Source: Planctomycetota bacterium (GTDB lineage: Bacteria > Planctomycetota > MHYJ01 > WSZJ01). From it: 64,000 bases of DNA. Below, in pieces: positions 1-9,293 of this stretch. The position numbers and the translations under genes are program-made. Location of the stretch: assembly GCA_038060895.1 (NCBI GenBank), contig JBBTCT010000022.1, positions 1-64,000 of the forward strand, in the 5' to 3' direction. Position 1 is the first letter of the stretch, and each line of letters begins with the position of its first letter. The notes under the pieces are model-generated. The model had not been told where the DNA came from. It searched no databases and was given only the letters and a program-made list of their open reading frames with translations.

Positions 1-757
1 GCTTGTCCTTGTCGAGGAAGTTCATGTCGAAGCGTGCGCCGTAGAGGAGTTGGTCGTCGTGCGCCGGCCCGCCCTCAAACGTTGTGAACAGGAACGACGA
101 GATTTCGACGTTTTCGTTCAGCGCGTATCCGAGCTTGAACCCGCCGGCGTCGTACTGCCGGTCCTTGAACAGCCCGTCGGTCGAGAGCAACCCGTCGAAC
201 CCCGCGGCCGCGTTTCCCTGGACCAGTTGCGCTTCCTGGACCGACGTCCAGAAGGGCGATTCGCTCTTCCGAAGGTCCATGAAGAACGGATTCCCCGTCC
301 CCGCCGGGTCCACCTTGAAGTCCTGGATTCCCGCGCGGAAGCTGAGCCCTTCGATGAAAACGTCCCGGATGTTCACGTAGGCCTGCCCGTAGCGCACGTC
401 GAAGTCGAGGTCATCCTCGCCGCCCCACAGGCTCGCGACCGCCTGCGTTCCTTCTCCCATCCGGTTCATTTCGCGGTTCTCGACTTCCAGGACAAGGGAG
501 ACGCGTTTTTCAAGCAGCACCCTCAGCCCGATCCGCGCCGTGAGGTAGCTTCCCGTGTCGCTGTCCGATCGGTTCCCTCCCACAAACTCCCGGTCCATCG
601 CTTCGTTCATCGACGTCGATCTTCCGAACGTCTTGATGAAGAGGTCGCCGTAGACTTCGATCCCCTGCGCCGCCGGCGCCTTGATGTTGGTCGCGCTTTC
701 GGAGGCTGCGGGAAGGGCTGCGGCGAGAAGTGCGGCGGCTACAATCGGGAAGCGCAT
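1..757 (-). CDS. Exported protein, probable outer-membrane beta-barrel (runs off window edge)
   Basis: Hand translation from ATG 757 (AGGAG upstream): MRFPIVAAALLAAALPAA signal peptide, alternating strands (YLTARIGLRVLL, QAYVNIRDVF, LSFRAGIQDF, GFKLGYAL). Open to position 1. Absent from the ORF track. Confidence 0.6.
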   Translation of the reverse strand, partial: MRFPIVAAALLAAALPAASESATNIKAPAAQGIEVYGDLFIKTFGRSTSMNEAMDREFVGGNRSDSDTGSYLTARIGLRVLLEKRVSLVLEVENREMNRMGEGTQAVASLWGGEDDLDFDVRYGQAYVNIRDVFIEGLSFRAGIQDFKVDPAGTGNPFFMDLRKSESPFWTSVQEAQLVQGNAAAGFDGLLSTDGLFKDRQYDAGGFKLGYALNENVEISSFLFTTFEGGPAHDDQLLYGARFDMNFLDKDK

Positions 758-801
758 TCAGGTGCTCCTGAGAGGATAGGTCCCCCGGCGTGGCGCGCAC
801 T

Positions 802-1455
802 TTACCTTTGCGAACGGCCTTTCAGTAGCTTCCAGTCGGCCGCTGTCGTGACCTTCAAATTGCGCGGATCTCCCTCGACCACCGCGACCGGCCGCCCACT
901 CTTCTCCAGCAGCATCGCTTCGTCCGTCACCTCCCAACCCTCGCGCGCCGCCTTCACAAATGCCTCCCGCAGCCAGTCCGCCCGCACACCCTGCGGCGTC
1001 TGCACGCGCCAGAGCCCGCCTCGCGGCACGGTTTCCGTGACCAGCCCGAGCGCGTCCACCCGCTTCAACGTGTCTGCGACGGGCAGCCCCGGGATCGCAG
1101 CCCCCACTTTGACCGTGGCTTCCATCACGCGCTTCACCGTCTCCCGCCCCGGAAATGGCCGGGCCGCGTCGTGCACCAGCACATGTGTCGGATCTTCCGC
1201 CGCGACCAGCGCGCGCTCGACCGAGTCCTGCCGCCGCGCGCCCCCGTCCACGAAAGTCGCGTCAATTCCGAGCAGCTTCTTCCAGCGCGTCGCTTCTCCC
1301 GGCGGCACCGCGATCACAATGTCCGCGATCCCCCGGAAGGCCGCGAGCGCATGGACGATGAGCGGCTTGCCGTCGAGCCTGAGAAGCGGCTTCTTTTTTC
1401 CGCCCATGCGGCTGCCGGAACCGGCGGCGGGGATGAGGAGAGACCAGCGGGGCAT
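802..1455 (-). CDS. ispD: 2-C-methyl-D-erythritol 4-phosphate cytidylyltransferase
   Basis: IPAAGSGSRMG, GGARRQDSV, VLVHDAARP, DTLK, VQTPQ, TDEA and NLKVTT motifs. Confidence 0.95.
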   Translation of the reverse strand: MPRWSLLIPAAGSGSRMGGKKKPLLRLDGKPLIVHALAAFRGIADIVIAVPPGEATRWKKLLGIDATFVDGGARRQDSVERALVAAEDPTHVLVHDAARPFPGRETVKRVMEATVKVGAAIPGLPVADTLKRVDALGLVTETVPRGGLWRVQTPQGVRADWLREAFVKAAREGWEVTDEAMLLEKSGRPVAVVEGDPRNLKVTTAADWKLLKGRSQR

Positions 1456-1610
1456 GAGAGGGAATTAGCAGATTCGGGCCGGAGGCGCGAGATCTATTCC
1501 GCGCCCGACGAAGCCTGGCTTGCGTGGTGCATGCCTCATGGCGTAGCTTGTGAGTCGGAAGGTGATGTCCGCACCGGGTCGAGGGAGGCCGCGACGTCGG
1601 CCATGAAGGA

Positions 1611-1985
1611 GTGAGCTTGCCGCAACCTCGATTCCATTCCATCCACGTCCTGTGTCTGTGCGACTACAACGACGTCGCGGCGGTTCTCAAGGCGCTGGAA
1701 TCGGGCGCCGTCACGGAGCAGGTGATTCCGTTCGTCGCCGCGGTCCCGAAGCCGGGGTTGCCGCCGGTCAAGCTCGAGATCGAGACCACGCTGGGCGAAA
1801 GCCTGCGGCTTGAATCCCACATGGGAAACGTCATGGTCGAGTTCCGCTGGAAGCTCGCCGACGAGCATCTGCTGGTCGCAGCGATTCAGAAGCTCGCCGA
1901 CCTCAAACGCCGCACGGTTTCGGTCAACGGCCGGACCTGGACGACAGCCGCGCAGGCTCTGGCCGCCTGGCCGAGGAAATTCTGA
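1611..1985 (+). CDS. Hypothetical protein
   Basis: 124-aa ORF with GC3-biased codons between ispD and rlmN. No recognisable motif; start uncertain. Confidence 0.55.
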   Translation: MSLPQPRFHSIHVLCLCDYNDVAAVLKALESGAVTEQVIPFVAAVPKPGLPPVKLEIETTLGESLRLESHMGNVMVEFRWKLADEHLLVAAIQKLADLKRRTVSVNGRTWTTAAQALAAWPRKF

Positions 1986-2032
1986 GCCATGACGGAATTG
2001 GGAACGGATCACGTCGGCGCGATGGGCGGGAG

Positions 2033-3124
2033 GTGAATCCCATGTCCACCCCGTCCACGGTCACTTCCCACGACCGCGACAGCCTCCGTGACGCCCTCGT
2101 CACGATGGGGGAGAAGGCGTTTCGCGCGGACCAGATCCTGCGGCATGTGTACAAGCGGTGCGCGACGTCGTACGACGAGATGACGGACGTCGGGGCGGCG
2201 CTGCGGGAGCGGCTCAAGGCCGAGATCCCGATCATGGCGACGGGGGAGCCCGAGGAAGCCAAGTCGAAGGACGGAACGGCGAAGCTGCTGGTGCCTTGCG
2301 CCGACGGGCAGCCGGTGGAATGCGTGCTGATCCCGGAGCCGCCGTGGAAGTCGCCGCCGGAGCGGAGGACGGTTTGTGTCTCGACGCAGGCGGGGTGCCC
2401 GGTGGGGTGCGTTTTCTGCGCGAGCGGACTCGCGGGGCTTGCGCGCAATCTCACCGCGGCTGAAATCGTCGAGCAGGCCTTGCGCATCGGGCGCCTCGTG
2501 CGCAAACGCTACGACGACATGGACCACCCGATCTCGAACGTCGTCTTCATGGGAATGGGCGAGCCGTTCTACAACCTCGACCGCGTCATCGCGGCCATCG
2601 AGCGCCTGAACGCCGACTGGGGGATGGGCATCGGCCTGAACCGGATCACCGTGTCCACGGTCGGCGTCGAGGGCGGCGTCATGAAACTGGCCGCCCACCC
2701 CCTCGCCCCGAACCTGGCCCTCTCCCTCCACGGCCCCAACGACGAAATCCGCGCCCGCGTCGTGCCGTTCGCCAAGGCTCTTCCCGTCGCGGAGCTCCTC
2801 GCCGAGGGTGTGAAGTACCAGCAGAAGACAGGGAAGGAAGTCACCTGCGAGTACGTCATGCTCGGGGACATCAACTCCGCTCCCGAACACGCGAAGGAAC
2901 TGGCGAAGCGGCTGTCGGGGAAGGGACTCAAGGTGAACCTGATCCCGTACAACGCGGTTGAGGGGTTGCCGTATGAGCCTCCCGGAACCAGGGCGGTCGC
3001 GGAGTTTTCCCGGATCCTGGAAGCGGCGGGCATCCCGGCCCCGGTTCGGCGCGCGCGCGGCGACCGGATTGCGGCGGCGTGCGGGCAGTTGAGACTGAGG
3101 AAGATCGGAGCGGTCGAAAGTTAG
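2033..3124 (+). CDS. rlmN: 23S rRNA m2A2503 radical SAM methyltransferase
   Basis: CVSTQAGCPVGCVFC, VFMGMGEP, ITVSTVG, LALSLH, NLIPYN, IAAACGQL. Start GTG 2033 or ATG 2042. Confidence 0.95.
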   Translation: MNPMSTPSTVTSHDRDSLRDALVTMGEKAFRADQILRHVYKRCATSYDEMTDVGAALRERLKAEIPIMATGEPEEAKSKDGTAKLLVPCADGQPVECVLIPEPPWKSPPERRTVCVSTQAGCPVGCVFCASGLAGLARNLTAAEIVEQALRIGRLVRKRYDDMDHPISNVVFMGMGEPFYNLDRVIAAIERLNADWGMGIGLNRITVSTVGVEGGVMKLAAHPLAPNLALSLHGPNDEIRARVVPFAKALPVAELLAEGVKYQQKTGKEVTCEYVMLGDINSAPEHAKELAKRLSGKGLKVNLIPYNAVEGLPYEPPGTRAVAEFSRILEAAGIPAPVRRARGDRIAAACGQLRLRKIGAVES

Positions 3125-3160
3125 TGGAGCGTCACGGTTGTTTCAGGAGTCCATGAAGGC

Positions 3161-3226
3161 GTGCCTGGTGCCTAGTGCCTGGTGCGACTCTTCACGCGAG
3201 GCACCAGGCACGAGACACGGGGCGCT
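3161..3226. repeat. Heptamer tandem repeat with inverted copy between convergent genes
   Basis: GTGCCTG-GTGCCTA-GTGCCTG-GTGC followed by GGCACCA-GGCACGA-GACACGG. Confidence 0.6.
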
Positions 3227-3267
3227 CTCCGGAAAAGCGAACTTCCACAATCCCCCCTGACTCTCCA

Positions 3268-4044
3268 CTAAGTGCGCTCGATGCTCAGCCGCTGGGTTTT
3301 CCGATCCTTCTTCTGTGCCGCGAGCACCTTGTCCGCCGCCGCGATCAATTCCGCGGGCGATTTCCCGTCCTCTCCGCTGAGAGAGACGCCCGCGCTGATC
3401 GTGTGCGACGTCCGTTCTCGGACGCACTGCCTCGCGCGCTCCGCGACGGCGATCGCCCCTTCTCGCGTCCCCGGCGCAACGAGCAGGAATTCGTCGCCAC
3501 CGTAGCGGCCGAGCGTGTCCCCGCGGCGAAGCGAATCGTTGAGCGCCGCCGCGACGTCCTTAAGCAGCTTGTCGCCCGCCAGGTGCCCCTGCGTGTCGTT
3601 GACGGCCTTGAAGTTGTCCATGTCGAACATGACGACGGCAACCGGCTCGGCGGAGCGCTGGGCCCGGGCGGCGGCCTTGTCAAGTTCCTCGAGGACGAAG
3701 CGGCGGTTGTGAACGCCGGTCAAGGGGTCGGTCGTGGCTTCGAGTTCGAGGCGCGCGATGAGTTCACGGTTGTGAGACTCCAGGTCACGGCGGATGGTCC
3801 CCATGGCGCCGAACACGATGGCGAACAGCGGCGGGTGGAGGAGGAAAACCAGCTGCCAGGGATGCTGGGAGATGATGGAACTGAAAGAGCGGTTCTCCCA
3901 GCCGACCAGGACCCCATCCAGGGCGAAGGAAAAAATGGGGATCGGAAGACCCCAAAGCAGACCGAAGCAAGCCTCCGGATTTCCGAGGAGGTTGTAGGTG
4001 TGGGACTTGGTCAGGGCGCGGAAAAAGCTGGAGACGACCCGCAT
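3268..4044 (-). CDS. Membrane-anchored diguanylate cyclase (GGDEF)
   Basis: Two N-terminal hydrophobic segments, DPLTGVHNRR, DMDNFKAVND, RxxD I-site (RRGD) and RYGGDEF. Start approximate. Confidence 0.92.
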   Translation of the reverse strand: MRVVSSFFRALTKSHTYNLLGNPEACFGLLWGLPIPIFSFALDGVLVGWENRSFSSIISQHPWQLVFLLHPPLFAIVFGAMGTIRRDLESHNRELIARLELEATTDPLTGVHNRRFVLEELDKAAARAQRSAEPVAVVMFDMDNFKAVNDTQGHLAGDKLLKDVAAALNDSLRRGDTLGRYGGDEFLLVAPGTREGAIAVAERARQCVRERTSHTISAGVSLSGEDGKSPAELIAAADKVLAAQKKDRKTQRLSIERT

Positions 4045-4184
4045 GTTGATTTGATTGTGCAAACGTGGGACCGGGAAGCGGCAGTCGGCTGACGAGGGTA
4101 GGTGAGTCTGCGCGGAACTGTGTTATTTTACGCCTATGTGCGCCTTTTTACGCACCCTGTAGGTCTCTTCCCCCGGGGATTGTG

Positions 4185-4200
4185 CGGCATTCCCCTTGCA
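4185..4200 (+). promoter_or_regulatory. Sigma54 -24/-12 promoter
   Basis: CGGCATTCCCCTTGCA = GG-N10-GC with TTGCA, about 50 nt before ATG 4253. Confidence 0.7.
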
Positions 4201-4252
4201 ATTGACCCCTCGGAATCGGCGGTCCCCCGTACCCCCCTCTTCGGTGCACCTC

Positions 4253-5644
4253 ATGAACATCCTGGTCGTCGATGACGAAAAACTCATCCGCTGGTCCCTG
4301 AAAGAACGCCTCACCCGCGAGGGTCATGTCATCACCGAAGCGGAAGACGGCAAGGCCGCCATCGAGGCATTTCATCGCGAAACGCCGGATCTCGTTCTGC
4401 TGGACATGAAACTCCCCGATACCGACGGTCTCAGCATCCTCCGGGCCATCCAGAAGGAGTCGCAGGGAGGCCCCGAAATCCCCGTCATCGTCATCACCGC
4501 ATACTCCACCGTCGATACCGCCGTCGAAGCCATGAAGCTCGGCGCCTTCGACTACGTCGCCAAGCCGTTCAACATGGACGAACTGGCGATCACCGTGAAG
4601 CGCGCGCTGGAGACAAGCTCCCTCAAGCGCGACGTCCGTGCTCACGTCAGCGAGCGCCGGTCCTCGTTCGGCGTGCACAACCTCGTCGGCAAGTCGAAGG
4701 CCATGCGCGAAGTGATCGAACTCGTCCGCCGCGTCTCCCAGAGCGGCGCATCGACCGTCCTCGTCCGGGGCGAAAGCGGTACCGGCAAAGACGTCATCGC
4801 CAAGGCCATCCACTACGAGTCCAGCCGCAGCGAAAAACCCTTCATGAACATCACTTGCACCGCACTTCAGGACACCCTTCTCGAGAGCGAACTCTTCGGA
4901 CACGAACGCGGGAGTTTTACAGACGCCAAGATGCAGAAAAAGGGCCTCTTCGAGCTGGCCAACGGGGGCACCCTGTTCCTCGACGAAATCGGCGACATGT
5001 CGCCGACGCTTCAGTCCAAGGTCCTGCGCGCGCTCGAGGAAAAGGCGTTCCGTCGCATCGGCGGAACCGTGGACATCAAGGTCGACGTCCGCGTCATCGC
5101 CGCGACGAACAAGGACCTCGAGAAAGGAATCGCGGAGGGCCGCTTCCGCGAGGACCTCTACTACCGCCTGAACATCATCACGATCCTCGTCCCGCCGTTG
5201 CGGGCGAAGAAAGAGGATGTTCCGCTGCTGGTGGGGCACTTCCTGAAGCGGTTCTCCGAGGAATTCCGCAAGGACACGCGGGAACTGACGAAGGAAGCGA
5301 TGGACAAGTTGATGTCTTACGACTGGCCGGGCAACGTGCGCGAGCTGAAGAATTCGATCGAGCGGGCGGTGTTGCTGGGGCAAGGAACGACGATCGGAGC
5401 GGACGACCTGGTGCTCGGCAGGCCGGGCCCGGCGGCCGCGGGGGACGAGGGTGCGCGGTTGCTGAAGCTGCCGTCGAAGGGGATCGTGCTGGAAGACCTG
5501 GAGAAGGACCTCGTGATGCAGGCGCTGGATCGGACGGCGGGAAACCAGACGCGGGCCGCGGATCTGCTGGGGATCACGCGGGACCAGATCCGGTACAGGA
5601 TGGAGAAGTTCGGGCTGATGAAAGGGGAAGAGGCGCAGCGGTAA
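4253..5644 (+). CDS. Sigma54-dependent response regulator (NtrC family: REC-AAA-Fis HTH)
   Basis: [37 protein letters not shown] (GAFTGA variant), [36 protein letters not shown]. Confidence 0.95.
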   Translation: MNILVVDDEKLIRWSLKERLTREGHVITEAEDGKAAIEAFHRETPDLVLLDMKLPDTDGLSILRAIQKESQGGPEIPVIVITAYSTVDTAVEAMKLGAFDYVAKPFNMDELAITVKRALETSSLKRDVRAHVSERRSSFGVHNLVGKSKAMREVIELVRRVSQSGASTVLVRGESGTGKDVIAKAIHYESSRSEKPFMNITCTALQDTLLESELFGHERGSFTDAKMQKKGLFELANGGTLFLDEIGDMSPTLQSKVLRALEEKAFRRIGGTVDIKVDVRVIAATNKDLEKGIAEGRFREDLYYRLNIITILVPPLRAKKEDVPLLVGHFLKRFSEEFRKDTRELTKEAMDKLMSYDWPGNVRELKNSIERAVLLGQGTTIGADDLVLGRPGPAAAGDEGARLLKLPSKGIVLEDLEKDLVMQALDRTAGNQTRAADLLGITRDQIRYRMEKFGLMKGEEAQR

Positions 5645-5653
5645 GCCTCGAGA

Positions 5654-6502
5654 GTGATGGAGCCCACCCCGGGGATCGACGCCTACGCGCCCGCCGAAAT
5701 GGCGCGTCGCGTCGAGGAGACGGGCGTGCAGAAGGCGGCGATGGGGCTCGGTCCGCTGGTGGCGCTGGCCGTGCTGGCCGGGGCTTTCATCGCGCTCGGG
5801 GCCGCGTTCTCGACCGTCGCGACCACGGACACGAAACTGGGATACGGGCCGTCCCGGATGCTGTCCGGGCTGGCGTTCTCCCTCGGCCTGATCCTCGTCG
5901 TGGTCGCCGGCGCGGAGCTTTTCACGGGGAACAACCTGGTCGTGATGGCCTGGGCGAGTCGCCGGGTTTCGACGGGGAGGCTTGTGCGCAACTGGTTCTG
6001 GGTCTACCTGGGAAACTTCGCAGGGGCAGCGGCGACGGCCGTTGCCTTCTATTACTCGCGCCGCTGGGAAGATGCAGGCGGCCAGCTCGGCGCGACCGCG
6101 CTCAGGATTGCGACCGTGAAATGCTCGCTTCCGTTCGCAACCGCCTTCGTGCTGGGCGTCCTGTGCAACGCGCTGGTCTGCCTCGCGGTGTGGCTGTGTT
6201 TCAGCGCCCGATCGACGACCGACAAGGTGCTCGCGATCATCTTCCCGATCACGGCGTTTGTTGCCCTGGGTTTCGAGCACAGCGTCGCGAACATGTATTT
6301 CATTCCGCTCGGGATGCTCCTCCGCGCGGAGCCCGAGGTGCTCGCCGCGGGCGGATGGAGCCCGGAAGCGGTCGCGTGCGTGGGCTGGAAGGGGCTCTTC
6401 GGAAACCTCGTACCCGTGACGCTGGGAAATGTGGTGGGGGGAGGCCTCATGGTGGCGGCGGTCTACTGGGGGGTCTATCTGCGTCCGCGAATGAAGGAAT
6501 GA
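5654..6502 (+). CDS. Formate/nitrite transporter (FNT; FocA/NirC family)
   Basis: LAGAFIALG, GAELFTGN, GNFAG, CNALVCLAVW, GFEHSVANM, VTLGNVVGG. Confidence 0.93.
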   Translation: MMEPTPGIDAYAPAEMARRVEETGVQKAAMGLGPLVALAVLAGAFIALGAAFSTVATTDTKLGYGPSRMLSGLAFSLGLILVVVAGAELFTGNNLVVMAWASRRVSTGRLVRNWFWVYLGNFAGAAATAVAFYYSRRWEDAGGQLGATALRIATVKCSLPFATAFVLGVLCNALVCLAVWLCFSARSTTDKVLAIIFPITAFVALGFEHSVANMYFIPLGMLLRAEPEVLAAGGWSPEAVACVGWKGLFGNLVPVTLGNVVGGGLMVAAVYWGVYLRPRMKE

Positions 6503-6590
6503 GGGGCACTTCCCGTCTGTTGGACCAAGGCCCGTCGTGCCAGTCGAATTCGCGATTGAGCACAAGGTTCCGGTCCTGTAAGGTGATGCG

Positions 6591-6965
6591 ATGAAGAGAC
6601 GCTTGACGACGATCCTGGCCCTCGCGGCGTTCTTCGCCGGGCACACCGTCGTCACCGCGTGCCAGGCGTCGATGTCGGTCATGGCGACTCGCAAGGCGAG
6701 ACCGGCCGGATTCTGTTGCTCAAAAAAGACACCGCCCGTTCCCAAGGCGCCTGAATCGAAGTCCTGTTGCTGCTCGGACGGGGCAAATCTGGCAGTCGTG
6801 GACGAGTCCGATCCAGTCGTCGCCGCCGCAAACGGTGTCGCAACCGACGACGGAGTCCCGATCCTCTTGGCCCTCGCCGCGCCCGCCATCGACGCGGGCC
6901 GCGCTCCGCCGGGCCGCGTGCCCACCGTGCCGCTGTACACGCTTTATGCGACGCTCCTGATCTAG
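6591..6965 (+). CDS. Small Cys/Pro-rich exported ORF, candidate RAPP-type leader peptide
   Basis: Signal-like N-terminus, CC and CCC clusters, C-terminal GRAPPGRVPTVPLYTLYATLLI. Paralog at 17616. Confidence 0.65.
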   Translation: MKRRLTTILALAAFFAGHTVVTACQASMSVMATRKARPAGFCCSKKTPPVPKAPESKSCCCSDGANLAVVDESDPVVAAANGVATDDGVPILLALAAPAIDAGRAPPGRVPTVPLYTLYATLLI

Positions 6966-7096
6966 ACGGCGCGCCCTCCTTCTCGCGCCCGGACTCCGTT
7001 CCGTGGGTGCGACGTGGATTGAGCCGATTCGTCCACGGGGAAGGACGACTCTCAGCGCGAACGGCAAGGGGCGACTCACCTTTCGAGGACCGATTC

Positions 7097-8437
7097 ATGA
7101 ACTCCCGACTGACCATGCCGATGCTGGTTCTGGCGCTCGCCGGGTGCGCGGACGTGGAGGAACGCCCGACTCCGATTCCAGACTGGCGTGCCGGACATGG
7201 AGACTTCACGGTCCCTCCGGCCTCGCCGGTCAACTGGAGCGATGGCCTGTCCCTCGATGAACTGCTGTCGGCCGTCGGGCGCCACGGCCGCGCGGTCGCA
7301 GCGCTGGAGGAATGGCAGGCAGCGCGGGCCAGACGCGTCACGGCGGGGACGTATCCGCTCTATCCGGAAGTGGAGTTCGAAGGGGCGCAGTCGTTTGGCG
7401 GGGATCGCACGATGGCCGGGATTTCGATCCGGCAGATGATCGAACTGGGCGGCCGGGTTTCGAAGCGCGAGGCGGTCGCCGACGCGGGGATAGCGAGGGC
7501 AGGGGCGGATGCGAGGGACATGCTTCGCGAGTTGCGCGGGAGGGCGAGGCGGGCCTACTGGGCCGCGGTCGTCGCCGGCCGGAAGCTGGACGTGGCGCGG
7601 AGGAGCGCGGAGGTCGCAGCGAAAGACCTGGAGGTCGCAGTCGCCCGCTACGAGGCCCGGCAGGCTTCCGCAATCGACATGAATCTGGCGCGAGTCAGGT
7701 CCGCGCAGGCGCGCGCCGCGGTCACGACAGCCGAAGGGGAAGCGAACGCCGCCAGGGCGGAGGTCGAGGCGATCGTCTGGGAGCCTGCTCCGGCCGGCTG
7801 GACACCGGCCGACAGTGTTCCTGCGAATCGCCCGGAGCCCGACCTCGCCAAGGCGCTCCAGGCGGCTCGCGCCGGACGGCCGGACCTCGCGGCGCTTCTG
7901 GCCGCAGCTGACGAGGCTGGCGCGCGGGCGGTTCTCGCCTCCGCGGAGGCCGCTCCGGAACTGGGCATCGGCGTCGGCTACGAATTCGGACGGGACCGGA
8001 TCGAAGGTGACGGCGTTGACATCCGCATGAGCGAGCACAGCGCGACGATCGGGCTCTCCCTGTCCCTGCCGCTCTGGAACCGGAAACGGGGGGACATTCT
8101 CGAAGCGGAAGCCGATCGGCGTCGCTTCGCCGCTCTCCACGCCGCCCTGGACTCGGAAGTCGGCCGCGAAATCGCTTCGGCCACCGCGCAGTTGCGCGCA
8201 GCCTCCGGCGCCCTGGATCTATACGAGAAGGAGATTCTCCCGACGGTGACCAAGAATCTCGATGACGTCCGCGCGGCCTACGCGGCGGGCGCAGTGGGAA
8301 TCTCCGACCTGCTCCGCGCCCAGCAGGACTATCTCGACGCGCAGGCAGAGTCCGTCGAACTGGAAGGGGCGTACACGCAGGCGAGGGCAGATTTGGAGAC
8401 CGCGGTCGATCGGCCATTCGCGGAGTTTGCGAAATGA
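7097..8437 (+). CDS. TolC/CzcC-family outer membrane efflux lipoprotein
   Basis: Lipobox LAGC, OEP repeats (IRQMIELGGR, GRPDL, LSLSLPLWNRKRG, YAAGAVGISDLL). Start reset to ATG 7097. Confidence 0.88.
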   Translation: MNSRLTMPMLVLALAGCADVEERPTPIPDWRAGHGDFTVPPASPVNWSDGLSLDELLSAVGRHGRAVAALEEWQAARARRVTAGTYPLYPEVEFEGAQSFGGDRTMAGISIRQMIELGGRVSKREAVADAGIARAGADARDMLRELRGRARRAYWAAVVAGRKLDVARRSAEVAAKDLEVAVARYEARQASAIDMNLARVRSAQARAAVTTAEGEANAARAEVEAIVWEPAPAGWTPADSVPANRPEPDLAKALQAARAGRPDLAALLAAADEAGARAVLASAEAAPELGIGVGYEFGRDRIEGDGVDIRMSEHSATIGLSLSLPLWNRKRGDILEAEADRRRFAALHAALDSEVGREIASATAQLRAASGALDLYEKEILPTVTKNLDDVRAAYAAGAVGISDLLRAQQDYLDAQAESVELEGAYTQARADLETAVDRPFAEFAK

Positions 8438-8448
8438 CCCTGCGCGCC

Positions 8449-9120
8449 TCAGGATTTCGGGCCGAGCTCCGGAACACGGTGCTCCCGGCAGCATTCGGGC
8501 ACTTCCTCCCGGATCGCCGTGACGGAGCGATGAAGCTTCTCGAGGAAGTCCCGGGTCGAGGCGATCTCCGTCAGTCGCGGGTGCCCTTTCCAGGCCGCGG
8601 CGATGCGCTGGTCGATCTCGGCAGCCTGGTGAGCGGTCTCGGTGCGCAGGGGATTGGAGTGGCCGTAGCCTTCGCCGTCTCCGGGAACGCGCAGGTGAAT
8701 CACCGCCGCGTATCGGCGAAGCTGGGCCTCCCGCGTCGTTCCGAGGTCGCGCCAGAGATCCGCTTCATCGCCGGGCCAGTACGCCAGGGCGTCGAGAACG
8801 CCGCGGTCGCAGAGCGCGACCGCCGCCTTTCCCTCCTCCAGATGCAGGCGCTCCAGCTCCATCTGGACGCGCGCGATCGCGCGCTGCGCGGCTCTCCTCG
8901 CCGCTACTCCTTCCTGGCGGGGAAACCCGCCGCCGAAAAGGATGGAGGCCGCTTCGGGGAGCACGGCGACATGTTGGCAGAAGTGCTTTCGGATGACCTC
9001 GAGCACGGCAGTTTTTCCGGCGCCCGGGCCGCCGGTGAGGACAACGAGGTGGGTGCCGTGAGTCGGGCTGCAGCAGCCGCACGGGGAGCCGGCGGAAGCT
9101 GTGGGGGGAACGGGGTTCAT
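8449..9120 (-). CDS. AAA_28 (NadR/Ttd14-like) P-loop nucleotide kinase-like protein
   Basis: VVLTGGPGAGKT, LPEAAS, LCDRGVLD, NPLRTE. Cys clusters at both ends. Confidence 0.8.
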   Translation of the reverse strand: MNPVPPTASAGSPCGCCSPTHGTHLVVLTGGPGAGKTAVLEVIRKHFCQHVAVLPEAASILFGGGFPRQEGVAARRAAQRAIARVQMELERLHLEEGKAAVALCDRGVLDALAYWPGDEADLWRDLGTTREAQLRRYAAVIHLRVPGDGEGYGHSNPLRTETAHQAAEIDQRIAAAWKGHPRLTEIASTRDFLEKLHRSVTAIREEVPECCREHRVPELGPKS

Positions 9121-9293
9121 GCAGGGGAACGGTCGCAAACGAAGGGCCACAGACGGCCAGGGAACAGGAATTGCGGGATTTCGCGATTCACCGGGATCGA
9201 AGGAGAGAAGCCCTGGAAAGGTCCGCGGAAAACGTGCGCGTATTTGCGCGGTTTTCCGGGAATTGACGCAGCACTCCTGAAAGCGAGGGATCG

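Noticed and set aside
1516-1531. TGGCTTGCGTGGTGCA sigma54-like motif before 1611
   Set aside because: Spacing fits but the match is weak and the context is housekeeping. Not counted in the regulon.
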